DNA of 36,166 nucleotides from Folioceros fuciformis (Eukaryota): NCBI GenBank assembly GCA_049999805.1, contig JBNGIO010006079.1, positions 34,281 to 70,446 of the forward strand, read 5' to 3'. Shown piece by piece: positions 1 to 12,600 of this stretch (position 1 is its first letter; each line of letters starts with the position of its first letter). The notes under the pieces were generated by a model. It saw only the letters and a program-made list of their open reading frames with translations, ran no database searches and was not told where the DNA came from. The position numbers and the translations under genes were made by a program.

Positions 1-165
1 AAGTAGCTGGGACCCAACCCAGTCGCTGCAGCACCCGCAGGAAGCGATTACAAAATTTCATTTTTGCTCTGATGTCAGCAAGGTTTCGACACGCCTTTGT
101 AAAGCCTCTTCCTATTCGAGATCCTTCTGCAAGAGCCCCTGCATCTATAGGTGTTACATGACTGT

Positions 166-3100
166 TCAAATGTGGTATGTCAGACCCACTTCTATCAGAA
201 CCTCACGGGGGATCATTAGAGTGGCAACACTTTCTCGACAGTTGCGTCGAAGGAAAGTATAGAGGCAGTTTATGACAAATCTTTTCCCGGCCGATGCTCG
301 TCTGTCTGCCTTCACTATAGTGTGACCGAGCAGATACATCACCCCGACATCTTGTGCCTTGTACAGGAGACGCAATTCTTCTTCCACTGACGGGTCTAGC
401 TTACCGAACCTTCGCAACAACCCTCCGGACAAGACGCCCACTGGGGGTGATGCCTGGGCCTTGTCCAACGACACGTTGCTAAGGACGCTGCTGCGTACGC
501 TGCCGCCATCTTGAATACTCTCAGTATCCCCTCCTTCTACAGACTCCAAAGCTGTTATTTCCTGTGATGGAGGGCTCTTCTGGGACACGGGACTGTCGGA
601 AGCGGGTGACTCCTGTTGGTACTGGGCCATAAGAGCCTCATGGCAGAGGAAGTTGGCCAGGCTTGCAATAAGCTGATTCTCGAAGTCCTCATGCCTGTTC
701 CTTGTGTCAGTATACCCGTATCTGACAGCGCATCTGTACATGCGGAAGTCCCTGGTTCCCACTCTGCGGATGAGGAACCTCTCATCCTGAAGAACTCGAG
801 GCACAGGCAGGTACTTGATGGACACCACACATATAATCGAGTGCATGGCTGGCAGGTTCCTGAGCAAATGTGAGAAGATGACAGGCACGCCGTGTACGTA
901 CTCAGAGTATACAAGTCCTATTCCAGGGACCCTCACAGCTCCCAGAGTAGTGCCCAAATTCTCGATCCAGTCTATGGGTACCTGGCTTTGTCCCTCGTAC
1001 TCGTACTTGGCTCTTCTCCCATATTGCCATGAGTACATGACCACAAGGAAAAACGCTGCAAAAACCAGAGGTACCCACCCTCCTTCTGCCACCTTATAGA
1101 GAACAGAGGAGAAGTATATGGTTTCCACTAGGCCGAAGATGGTGAAGAAGCTGAGTGCGTACGTTACAGGGACTTGCCATATGAGGAGCATTGCAAGTGT
1201 CACCAAAATGGTTGTAACCATCATCACTGCCACCACCGCAATTCCTACCAGCACAGGCGAAATGTTTCACTTTTCCAGACTCCAATCAGTTCAAGCTCAA
1301 AAAGTGAAACAAAGGAGAGAGTCCTTACCATATGCGTTGCCAATTTTGGCTGTGTCTCGAAAACCAATAGTGATAGCGAGACACAGGATCATCAGCAGCC
1401 AGTTTATTTCCGGAATGTACACCTGTCCATAAAATTTGTTGGATGTGTGAATGACTTTCACTCTAGGGAAACATCCCATAGCCCCTGACTGTTTGATGAT
1501 GGAGAAGACCGCAGTTATCATTGCCTGACTGGCGATGATGGCTGCTACAGAAGCGATGAGAAACATGGGCCAATAAACAGGCTCTGTACCAGACACAGTG
1601 CGTGAATAGTGCAACAACAGCATCTCAAACACAGGCTAGCTGAAACAACCAGAGACATCGACACATGCGCAACAACAGTCGTCGGCTTACTTGGGATTGA
1701 CTTGTAGAAAGCATCACTGACATCCGCAGGATTCTTATGGAGGTAAGCTCCCTGTCCAATGTAGGCCAACAAGAGGCATGGATAGACCAATGCTGCAAAT
1801 GAAAGCTGCGTGTTGAAATCATACCCGTTAGTTCCTTGCCCACAGACAACCTGTAGACATTACTGGCTTTTGAGGTAAGCAAGTACCTGTATGGAGTTCA
1901 CTGAGAAGTGCCCCAAATCAGCAAACATGGCTTCTGTGCCTGCAGCAAGCCGTTGTTTGGAAACGAGGATATCATCAACCACAACAATCCTTTTCTTGGT
2001 TGTGGTGCCAAACACTATGAACTCAGCAACTTTAAAGTGTTAAGGATGTAGGCATGCTGTAACTTACCTGTGACACATAGCACTATTCCTCCAAGAGATA
2101 TCCACCCTTGCTTTTTGTTGCGGATGAAATACGCTATGATATGATGCGGGCTAAAAGCCCCAAGGATGGTTGGATCGTGCTTGATGATATTGAACAGCCC
2201 TATGATGCCAATGCACAGAAACCAGACAAGGACTGCAGGTGCAAACATGAACCCGACCTTGTTGGTGCCCAACCGCTGTACACTGAACAAGGCAACCAAT
2301 ATGATGGCAGATACAATGACCACCGCATCTGCACGAAACCCCCATAACCCACACTTTAGACACAATCTTTGCGTTAAAATACAAGGCAAAATCAGCGTTC
2401 AGCTTCTTGTTATTGTTAACAACACTAAATCTCACTTTGGTTGAATTTTGGTGTGGCACTTTTGATTCCCTGGATCGCCGACAATACTGTATGTTGACAG
2501 GTGGGTTTCCATCAAGCGAATGTTTTGCTTACAGAAATTGTCACGCTTCAACGCAAGGACTGCAGTTTCCGGTGAGAACGAAGATGGAGAGCCGTACCTG
2601 AGATTGAAGGAGTGAGCACACCATCTCCTATCACGCACGCGGTACCCAGGAGGACCAGGATTAGGATAGCATTTTTCAAGGCATGGGATTTTTCAAGTCT
2701 GTCCTTGAGCTTTTGAGCCAGCTCTAAATGCCTGCTAGGAAGCTGCAAATTATACGTCGAGAGATGGGTGTCGGAGAGCTCGGCGTTTGGTAACAGGCTA
2801 ATTGAGGCATGCCTGGACAAAAGGGAGTAGATTGCGAACGTACCACCTGCACCACCAGGGCGGGCAAAATTAGGTGCTGATCTTGACTCGAAAATCGTGC
2901 GTTAGAAGTTGCTGCTTCAGGTACAACTAGGTTAGCACAAGAAGACTTCAAAAATACCTTCGCCATGGTCATTGGCACGCAGCACAATGAAGACGTACTT
3001 GACTAGGGGCAAAAGAGTGAGGGTGTAGATAATGAGCGAAAGTGCTCCAAGCACATCATCTCTGTGCCGTATGCCAGTCGGGAAGGTGCTGCTGAAGACG

Positions 3101-3475
3101 TAAAGTGGTGAAGTTCCTACGTCCCCATACACCACTCCTATGGACTGATAGGCCAAACGCAAGAGCAGTGACCATGGCACAATCTGTGCGGGCAAAGGCA
3201 GAAGGAAATATGTATCACTTCCCTGCAGCCTGGGGCAGAATTATGATGCAGAAATTCAGGTAAACGACGTGCAACAGTGTCAAAACTCTGACCTGCTCCC
3301 CCAGACTGGCCATCCCTCTAATCCGCATAGCCTCTATATCGAGTGAATCTCGGCGACTCATCCTCTTCACAAATCTTTGCGCCATAGATGGTGTCCGAGG
3401 GGCCGGTGATTCCGGCTGCTTGCTTAGGCCTGCAGGGTCGTTGACCTCCGTCTCCGCCTCTGCTTCGTCCGCCAT
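166..3475 (-). CDS. KUP: KUP/HAK/KT family potassium transporter (multi-exon)
   Basis: Exons carry family motifs [71 protein letters not shown] and GGWVPL, plus a C-terminal domain ending EVGLTYHI*. Start MADEAE at 3475; GT-AG introns lie between the ORF fragments. Confidence 0.96.
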
Positions 3476-4463
3476 ATTAACGGTCGCTGCTGATCAACGA
3501 ACACAAGACGACATCGGACGTCGCAAAAGGTCATCAAGTCCCCTTCGTCGGTGAGGGGGAATTGCGCACGCAAGAACCAAGTGCACACCGTCAGGAATTG
3601 TACCTGCTCCAAAAGACTCGTATTCAAAGCTGAAGTGAAAACTTGCAGACCAAGGATCAGTTCCGGCCTGCCGATGAATTGAATAGGTTCCACGCCTTGA
3701 GCACTGGCGGATCTACCAGTATTGGTGCGGTATACCACACTGAGCGCAAATTAAGAGTCTGCTGCCGTTGATGTTCCTGCTGCGAAGATCGCGATTCTTA
3801 CACCGGACTGGGCAGCATGCATGATAACCCTGAATGTATGGTACAGAGCTCCGTGCTAAGAGAGCTGAAATAAGACAGTATCATAACAGCAAAAGCGTCA
3901 TCGCAACGCGCGAGAAGAGAGGCGCAGATGAAAGTGCAAAAGGATTGAGCTGAAAATGAGCAATCGGGCCATGAGCGAGAATACCCACCGCAAAAAAAAT
4001 CCTGGAGTCAGCAAGAACCGACTCCAAAGAACTGTTACCAATCTTGTGCACAAGACCAAAATTGGTTATCAGTTCTTCAATAATCGAGAGACGCGCATGC
4101 TTAATCCGGAATGTGGATGCAGTTATGCTGCAGCTTCGGTCTCCGACACAGACAGGCTGATTCATCGAAATAATCGAATTACACTGAGAGAGAACAGCAC
4201 GTTAACAATTTCCAGGCAAGGTCTAAATTTCGAAGGGACTGCACTTCCGGATCGGCAGCGCAATGGCGAGCGGAGCTGTCTTGGCGGCTGGAGTCTTTCT
4301 TCCCTGGTAGGTCACATCAGAAGGTACACACACAAGTGTGATGGTGTTTTATATGCCCTATTCGTTGGGCTGTAGCCCAAGCTAAGAAGGTACTCCACTT
4401 CTGCTGAACTAGCCTGCAATAACAACTGTTCAACTCAAGATACAATATGCTTGTGTCTCCCAG

Positions 4464-5658
4464 TTACTGGAGGCTCGTCTCCCTAACAACAACGTCTGGC
4501 ACGTTAACCACCTTAGCGGCTGAAGAGCCAGTGGCTGCTACAGAGGTCGGAGAACTTTCAAGATGGTAGAAGGGGAAATTCAACATTCCTCTTCCCCTTC
4601 CCAATTCCACGCACTGGTAAGCAACAGTCACGAACAAACCAAATACCGCGATGACGAGGAACCACATGCAAAGCGTCAGAAGTTGCATCCATTTGCTAGG
4701 TGTATCCTCTGCATGATCCAAAGGCAACATGTGTGTCAAACATAGATCAGAACTTCTAATAGTGCGCTCTGGAATCAAAGTTGTGAAACAAAGGTATAAA
4801 GAAGTGAGGCATCAATTCACCTTGTTGAAGATTCAGGATGTAAGTGGTCGGATAATGTGCGATAGCTGTGACGGTGATGCGGATGGACTGGACGTTGCTT
4901 CCTGTCCCATTGCTGATCCCGATCGGGGGACTTTCGATCCCGCTGGCGATTGGAATGCCTTGTGCCTTGACGATGAAGTCCTCGTCCCCCTAGACGAGAC
5001 AATTGTTTGAATTGTAATTGTGCTTGCATACTTAAATCACTTGGTGTGCTTCACAAGGACAGTGAGGGAGATTGAGACTGGTAGACTGCAGTACCTCAGC
5101 AAGGAAGACGGTAATTCGGACAGCGACGGCACTATGAGGAACGAGAAGCACGTATTTCCAGCAATCGTTGGCGAAATCAGGCACCAGTCTTCCCCTATCC
5201 AGCGTGAGAGATGCAAGCGTGGCCCGCGGAAGGGGATCACTGGGCGGAGGGAGAATCTGAGAAGGAGAGGGCGGCTCATGAGGATTAGGCTCGACCTCGT
5301 CCTCCGCAGGGAGCTGGCCAGAGGGTGGAGGGCGGACAGGCGGCCGAGGTGGAGGAGAGACAGGGTCCAACTTGGATGATGTTGGTTTAGAAGACGGCGA
5401 TTCCGGTCCAGGCGCGGGAGCAGGAGCTTTGAGCGCTCCAAGACTTTCATCTGACACTAGTAGCTGAGGCTCAAGTTGAAGCAATCCGCCTTGAAATTCT
5501 ACTTCCTCGTCAACTATGGAAAATTGGTGAAGACGAGATGTGACGATGTCCGACTCCCTACCGAATGCGCCGTCCCGCCAGGGTGTGACTCGGGCGTCCG
5601 ACACGAGCAGCCATAGAAGCAGAGCGCAGACGACGCCAGCACCACTTGCTGACGACAT
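4464..5658 (-). CDS. Type I membrane protein: signal peptide, Pro-rich linker, cadherin-like beta-sandwich domain, TM helix, short cytosolic tail; exons 5658-5095, 4989-4821, 4708-4464
   Basis: GT-AG splicing is phase-consistent (0, then 1). It gives MSSASGAGVVCALLLWLLVSDA...PAPAPGPESP...RATLASLTLDRGRLVPDFANDCWKYVLLVPHSAVAVRITVFLAE|GDEDFIVKAQGIPIASGIESPPIGISNGTGSNVQSIRITVTAIAHYPTTYILNLQQ|EDTPSKWMQLLTLCMWFLVIAVFGLFVTVAYQC...*. The domain call rests on resemblance to the recalled PF12733 pattern. Confidence 0.75.
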
Positions 5659-6395
5659 GTTCCGCCGGTTGTTAGCTCGGCTCCAACGATTGCTGCAGCG
5701 CGCAAGACGATGAAACCAACACGCACAACTGAGGAAACAAGTCCACAAGCACAAGAAGAAGGACCATGTGAAACAGTGACATGAGACTCATGCTTGCAAA
5801 CAGCGGGAGCCTGCGTCACCACAGAACCGCCAAAGCCATCCTTATAAGGCTCCTGCCTCCAGGTGGATGGCATGGACAGTAAGTGAAGGAATAGGCCCTC
5901 TGATGATGGCAGCAGTAGCGCCAATAATGGATCGCTGATGCCTGTGTGACTCGACTACAACCGGCCACGAGATCAAATTGGGTGGAGGACAAGTTCAGCG
6001 AGTGCACACGCAAGGCCATGATACAAGGGAGGGGAGACTCACGACTGGGGACTCTCGCCACTCCACTCCACACACTGCAGTTCCGAAAAGCACTGCGCGA
6101 GTTCTTAACACATTTGCATCCAGGCCTTGGTGAATGCGTTGCACAAAGACCAGAACCTGAAAGAACTGCTAGAGGATGCTGGCGTGCGGGCTAGGTAGGA
6201 CCACATAACAACGCGGAAGGTCACGGCGTTTGCTCCAGGATGATGTAACCAAATGGACCGTAGAAAGCGAAAATGACATCTACAGAGTGTCAACTACGTT
6301 TTGGAAAAGATTACTACAAAAGTTCATTTGTCCTCCTAAGGAAGGACAAGTGGGAGAGGTGTCGGCAGTGCCATCGGAGGAGAGGTCCTTCGAAG

Positions 6396-8840
6396 CTAGA
6401 TCATTCGCAGCTCGTACTCGCCAGCGGTTGTGATGTAACGAACCCACGGCAAAGCCTGGTATCCACTCTTTTCAATGATTTTCAGGTATCTCACCTGAGA
6501 AAATTTACGATGTGCGATCAGGAGTGTTCGCCGGAGAGGGTTCTGACCACAGAAAAGACTTTGAAGGACCAAAAAAGCAAGCATTTCTGTCGGTTGTGGG
6601 CGGGATCCCTTACCTGAATACCAGAGACGGTAAAGTAAGGAATCTCAAACTTCACTCGTATGGGAGGCCGCTTCTCAATAGTCGATTCCTCAGCAGCTAT
6701 GCTTGGAAGCCCGAACTTCGCCCGCAACATGTATTCCTGCGCAGCCTGCGTGTCAGACTAACGTCGGCAGTACTTACTTACACAGGACTTTATCAAACAC
6801 TTGTAGGTGAGGACAAGACCTTTCCTCCCGGAAAGGACTTTATTTTCCACAGCAGGGCCTCTCTCTCAGGTGCGTACACAGCAGTACCCATCGACGTGCG
6901 CACAGCAGGAGTCGTGGCATCTGCGGGGACTGGTAATTCCAGCTCCACATTTGTGGCCGTGCTGCAAACCAGAAGAGACAACGGTTGAGCATGCCACTAG
7001 GGCGACATTCACCACAGATCAAGCGAGCGCACGCGTTGCTTAGAAGCAAACCTTCAACAAATTATATGATTTTACCTCCGCTCCTTGAACTGGCTTCGAG
7101 CTTTGATCATATATTCGACACGGCTCCTGGAATGTCTCTCTACTTGCGCCTCAACCCAAATCAACGGCCTTACCTATCAAACCGATAACCAAGGAATAAG
7201 GACACAGGACGTACGCGCCTATAGTCTGAGGTCGGGCAAGATGCAGAGGTAGCACACCTGAGTGCTCAGGCGGTACGTCATCAAATCGAAAGCTCCGTCA
7301 GGAGGGATGAAGGATATGGTCCGATCGCTTTCAAACCGAGCCAGCCTCACACATCTGCAACAGTTTATCATAGCCCATGCGGATTTCAACACAGCATACC
7401 GCTGAATAGAGTCCTAAACTTGTGTCGCTGCCCAAAACACCAACCCACTAGGATGAAATCGTACAGCAGTGCAGTCAGCGCAAGAACTATTTGAAGGCAA
7501 AGTTATTAGGGACAGTGTGACATACTGATGAAACTTTATGTCGTCCAAGTCAATTGCTTTCCCTTTGGTTGCTCTTCCTTGCGCCTCCAAGAGTATTCTG
7601 TCATTCAGCCCTAGTTTGCACTCTGGCATGCCACTGCGACAAGCCAGCACAGCACAACTGGTCAATAAACCACTGTATTGCACGCACCAGTACGCAATTC
7701 AATTCTGCGGTCAGAGGAGCCGTACCTTAAGTATGTTCGCATCTTCAATGCCCCAACCACATCAGACCGAACCAACTGAGCTGAGCTATTGACCAGGATG
7801 TTCACACTTTCCACCACATCCAGAAATACCTGAAGGAAAACCACGCAATACAACACGACATATTATAAAACTGCGACTGTGCTAGTAGGTAGGTTGTTAG
7901 ATATGGAGAAAGAAACACATGCTAACCTCATTCTTCTTGTACTTTATGCCCTCCATTCTCCAAGAGACAGCGTTAGTAACTGCCATGGGCGGACGGGTTG
8001 TCATCTCCAACTTGTAAGCATCAGTTTTGATGAACTCGCTCAGAATCCTAGCCTCTGTGTACTGAGGGTACCCAAAATCCATCATCTCGTCCAGCAACTC
8101 ATACTGCAACATTTCAACACAAGATCACAAATCAGTGACACTGTACCCTCAGGGCTGTAGACCTTCCATTGACAGATTAAGACGCTCACCACCACCACAA
8201 AATTGTCACGCAGAGACTCCTCCTCGAGTTCCTCGAAGTAATGCTTGAAAACCTGCAGAATGCCACATGAAAACCTGAATCAACCACGAACGCATTTACA
8301 TGGCCCTTAACCCTAAAACAGCACGACACTTACATCAACAACCCGGTGGAGGAAAAGCAGAAGACTGCAGGCATTGCAGTTCTGCTTCGAGGCGGTCATC
8401 ACGTAGACATTGTTATACTGAATGAAGAGGTAAGTGACACCATCGTCATAAACGACCGGATTCTGCGAGGTAGGGTCCCCCTGATCCAAACATTTCATTG
8501 CAACGCCCTTCAGAAAGCCGCTCGACAGGACATCAAATCGAGGAGACGCAAAGTTTGCTAGCTATCAATTTCACAAAAGGCCTCACAATCGCGGCTACAA
8601 CAAAAAGGAGATCCCAGCCTATCTACTAAGCGTGATATCCATACACCACGCTCGCACCACCGACAGAGCCATAACAAGCTTCCCAAAGAACAGCTCAAAT
8701 GAACAACGCACCTCTCCGTCCATCAGCTTGGAGAAAAATTTCTCCACTTGCGATGCAGGAACATCGCCCCTGTAGTCTCGCCAAATCAGCACACGACCTT
8801 TCATGTCAAGCAGATAGATGGCAGACGCGGCGCCCGCCAT
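6396..8840 (-). CDS. AP1M: AP-1 adaptor complex medium (mu) subunit (multi-exon)
   Basis: Motifs [76 protein letters not shown] and [14 protein letters not shown]; terminal exon [30 protein letters not shown]. Confidence 0.97.
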
Positions 8841-8898
8841 GGTGGATCTACTCTCCGGATCTGTCCTGCTACGTGTGCACCTTCATCGACCAATCTAA

Positions 8899-9574
8899 CT
8901 ACGTACTCCGACCCGACAGATTCGCCGAATCTCTAGGTTTGCTCATCGAAGGCGAGGCCGCGGCCGGCGGACTAGTCTGCGGAGCCACACCAGCCAGAGA
9001 TCGGAGCAACTGCAATACTAGCATTGGAGCAGCATCACTCTGCATCAATTCCCATAACTGCAGCACCACCACAAAAAAAAAAAACAACTCTCAATGTAAG
9101 ACCTCTCCGAGATCCACAGCTTCACAATCTTCTCCTGCGCTTCCTTCTATCACACAATCTCCCGCCGAAGACTAGGATGAATATACTCCATCCCATCGAT
9201 TTGCATCACGTTAGCTTTGGCAGCAGGACCAGATCAGCAGCGGCAGCATTCGAGCGGCAAGACTTACAATCGCAAACACGTCATCCCTAATGCTGAGGCC
9301 CGCCAGCCGCGTAAGCTCCAGCACCTGCAGTTGCTCGGCAGTGAGAGCGTGCTTGGCGCAGAGCGTGGAGAGCGCGCGAGACGGAGACTCTGCTGCCTCC
9401 TGCGTGCCGGAACTGCGCCAGCGACAGCGTGCGCATACCGCCGATGGCAGCATGTGGCTCCCGGACGCGCGAGCGGAGAAGAAGCGTAGATGAAGGGTTT
9501 GAGGTAAGTGAAACGAGACATACACTCACACTCAGGTCGCTGAGTCGGTGAAACGAGTGAATCGTGGACAGCAT
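8899..9574 (-). CDS. MZT2: MOZART2 / MZT2 (GCP8)-like microprotein; core exons 9399-9268 and 9057-8899; first exon either 9574-9530 or in-frame ATG at 9453
   Basis: A phase-0 join (ATT|gtaagt ... ctgcag|TTA) gives KHALTAEQLQVLELTRLAGLSIRDDVFAI|LWELMQSDAAPMLVLQLLRSLAG. This aligns without gaps to the recalled MZT2 core KKVLSTEEMELYELAQAAGGGIDPDVFKILVDLLKLNVAPLAVFQMLKSMCAG. A low-complexity Ser/Pro tail follows, as in animal MZT2. Confidence 0.72.
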
Positions 9575-9694
9575 CGGAGATTTGTGGGCCTTAATCCCTC
9601 GGGCAAAATAATTTGAGACATGCGATTCACGCCAACAGGAGCTCCGTCGTTTATGTACATGAAGATCGAGACGATGTGAATGAAGCCACTGTTG

Positions 9695-12600
9695 CTACAC
9701 AACGTGGGAAACCGGAACGATCATCTCCAAGCCGAGTTGCAAGGCGCTCTCGGACTTGTCAAAATGAGGGTCATGTGGGAAGAGACGTCTTTGCTCCGCA
9801 CTGGGCTTGGCCAGCCAGGACCAGTATACCCAGGCTGCTACCATCACTGCTGTGGTGGACAGAGCTGCCAGGCTCCCGAAATGGGCCACGTCGTTTGCGA
9901 CAATGGCAACTCCCAGCATCACCAGCTCTGCCAAGCTTGCTAAAGACACCTCCGTCGTGCCGATGAGATTGGCCTCTGACACAGGGATGGCCGTCTGGAA
10001 GATCTGGGCATCCACCATGTCGTAGGCCCACTGACCAAGCCTAGACATAACCTGGATGGTCATGGTAGAGGACATGGCGTAGCTTGTCAGTTTTTTGAGA
10101 TGAAGTCGTGAAGGAAGACAGAGGTTGGAGATGGGACTGGACTCACTATGAGGAAGAGGAACACGAAGAGTGATCCTTTGTGGCCGAATGGGTTGAACAA
10201 ATATACACCAACAGCCATGGCCAGCAGTGAGGCCTGGAAGGAGAGGGCGGCAGCTCCAGACTGCAAGATGTTCAACAGGGTGACATCAGTTTTCGAGAGC
10301 TGGCCATGACGGTTGATGAAGGAGTAGAAGGTTGATCAGGTGCCTACCCGTAAGACGCCGAGCTTGGAAATGAGATTGGCAGACACGAATGTGGCTGCGA
10401 ATCCCATGAGGGCGCAGAGCCCCCTGAACGCGCCCACGACTGAAGGACTCAAGCCTGCCCAGGAGAACAATGGCAAGTCAGCAGAGGGATAGAAGAGATG
10501 CCACTGCTACGGTAGGTTGATGCAAGCCAGACGCTCACCTCGTTGAGTGAGGAACGTTGTCATTAGACCTCCGGGTGCCAGGACGGCGTTGAAGTAGAGA
10601 AGCACGTATGCCAGACTGGCTGGCAGGACAGGCTGTGCTAGGTATTTCTTCCACCCCAGGATGACGGAGTTGGAAGGGGAAGGTGTTCCTGTGAAGGAGA
10701 CAAGGCGGGCCGGAGATGTCAAGGTGACTGGAGGTCAGGAGCAATGGATGGTTCCTAGTGGAAAGAGGAACGAACCTTGCACTTCCTCAGGACTCCAGCT
10801 AGATGTCTGCCCAGGGCTAGCACCACGCTGGGGAACATGTCTTGGTCTGTTCAATGCTCCACTTGACACTCTGTCCGTCCGCAAAACCAGGGCGACCTGT
10901 AGAATACCGCGTCACATGGCTGGGGATCAAAACATTGGAACACTTTCCGAGCTCAGGTGCAACAGAAAGAAGGTTAAGCATCGCAGTGGGGAACTCACCA
11001 ACAGGGGAAGAGAGATGACCATGGCGCCAACCGCGACATACAAGCAGGTTACAGGTTTGAAAGCTGACAGCAGCATCCCAAAAGCGAAAGGACCAGCTAT
11101 CTGAGACAATGAGGAGCACATGGATGTTAGAGTCCTCACAAGGCTGGTAACAGCGACAATGGGTGCAAGTGGCCAAGATCTCCTGTTACCTCACAAATCA
11201 GATCCACTCGCCGAAGTATTGCATTGGCATTGGCCAATGCAATGGGTCGGTTTGCCCCTGCCAACTGCATAGCATGACGCACTCAGTCCAGACGTTCGAA
11301 TACGGCTGTTGAAATGTACACGGGTCGAGATGACCCGTGCGTGACCTTTGTCCTTACCAGCACAACCCAGTCCCTTTCAAATGCTACTCCTGTCGCCAAT
11401 CCAGTAAGCCTCTCAACACTTCCGGCCAGGACGAGAACAATGAACCATGGCTGGAATACAAGCGCAGACGCAGTAGATGCAACCGCAACTCCTTTCTTCA
11501 GCGCATGAATGGTCACACCTGCCGACAAAACCATGGCTGCTGTCTGCAACAAAGTTTCCGGGGACAATTTCAGAAGACCTCCCAGTGACTGGATCTGTTT
11601 GACGGCGGCAGGCACAGAAGCCTCACCTGAATGGCACTCAGGGCGTTGAAGGACATCACTCGTGGCATGGAATCCATCAACGCACCCACATATGGCCCCG
11701 CTGCAAATATCACGAGCTGCCAAAGCACAGACAACGCGTTAGAAACAGGCATCCCAAGTTGGCACGGTCATGAAACTCCAACCACCCACTGCCATCAGTG
11801 TCTTGAGGTGCAGACTTCGGGGAGTGAATAAGATATGGGCAGCGACAGGGTTCTGAAAGCGGCGGGTAGTCGGCTCGGGCAGGTGTAGAGGACGCACTCA
11901 GCACACACCAGTACTGGAGAAGACCTACCTGACTCGTAAAGCTGACCACTGCCACCGGGAGGAGGCTATGGTGCAGGAGGGCCACCAGCGCAGGCCAGGC
12001 AAAGTGCCAAGTTTGCTCCACAAAGCACGATGCAAGGTAGCTTCCATACATAGCTGAAGGAGGCACGGAGACGATGTGAGAGAATGGAGGTTACCTGGCC
12101 CACAAAGCTGACAACGGCCACAGGCAGGAGGCTATCGTGGAGAACCGCAAGCACCACAGGCCAAGCAAACCGCCATACTCGTTCCATAAAGCATGACACC
12201 ACATAGGTGACATACATGGCTGAAAGCCACGGCAATCCACGCCAGCAAAACATTCTTATTCAGCTGAAAGTGGCCCGCGCAGATATCCACATGGCGACGT
12301 CGAATCATCCCACTCCCAACAACAAGACTGAAAGGAAGGAAATTCGTGTGCTGAAGCATTCGCATTTCCATCAACCACTCTGCCATGCCATCGTACCGTT
12401 GAGTCCATCAGGGTGTGCCGGCGTGGCAGCAAGCGCCTTCTGCTCCTCCAGAGACAGCACCTGCCACAGACAGCAGACGGCACTCAAGCCACCATCACCC
12501 ACCTCGAACCCCCCGCCCCAAACCTCGCATCAGCCCGAAAATCCCAACAAAACCCACACCTGCACATCCAGAAGCGGCTCCGCGGTGCCCTCGAAAACCT

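Noticed and set aside
3881-4375. ORFs of 94 and 139 aa upstream of KUP
   Set aside because: No motifs or splice support; probable promoter or UTR sequence.
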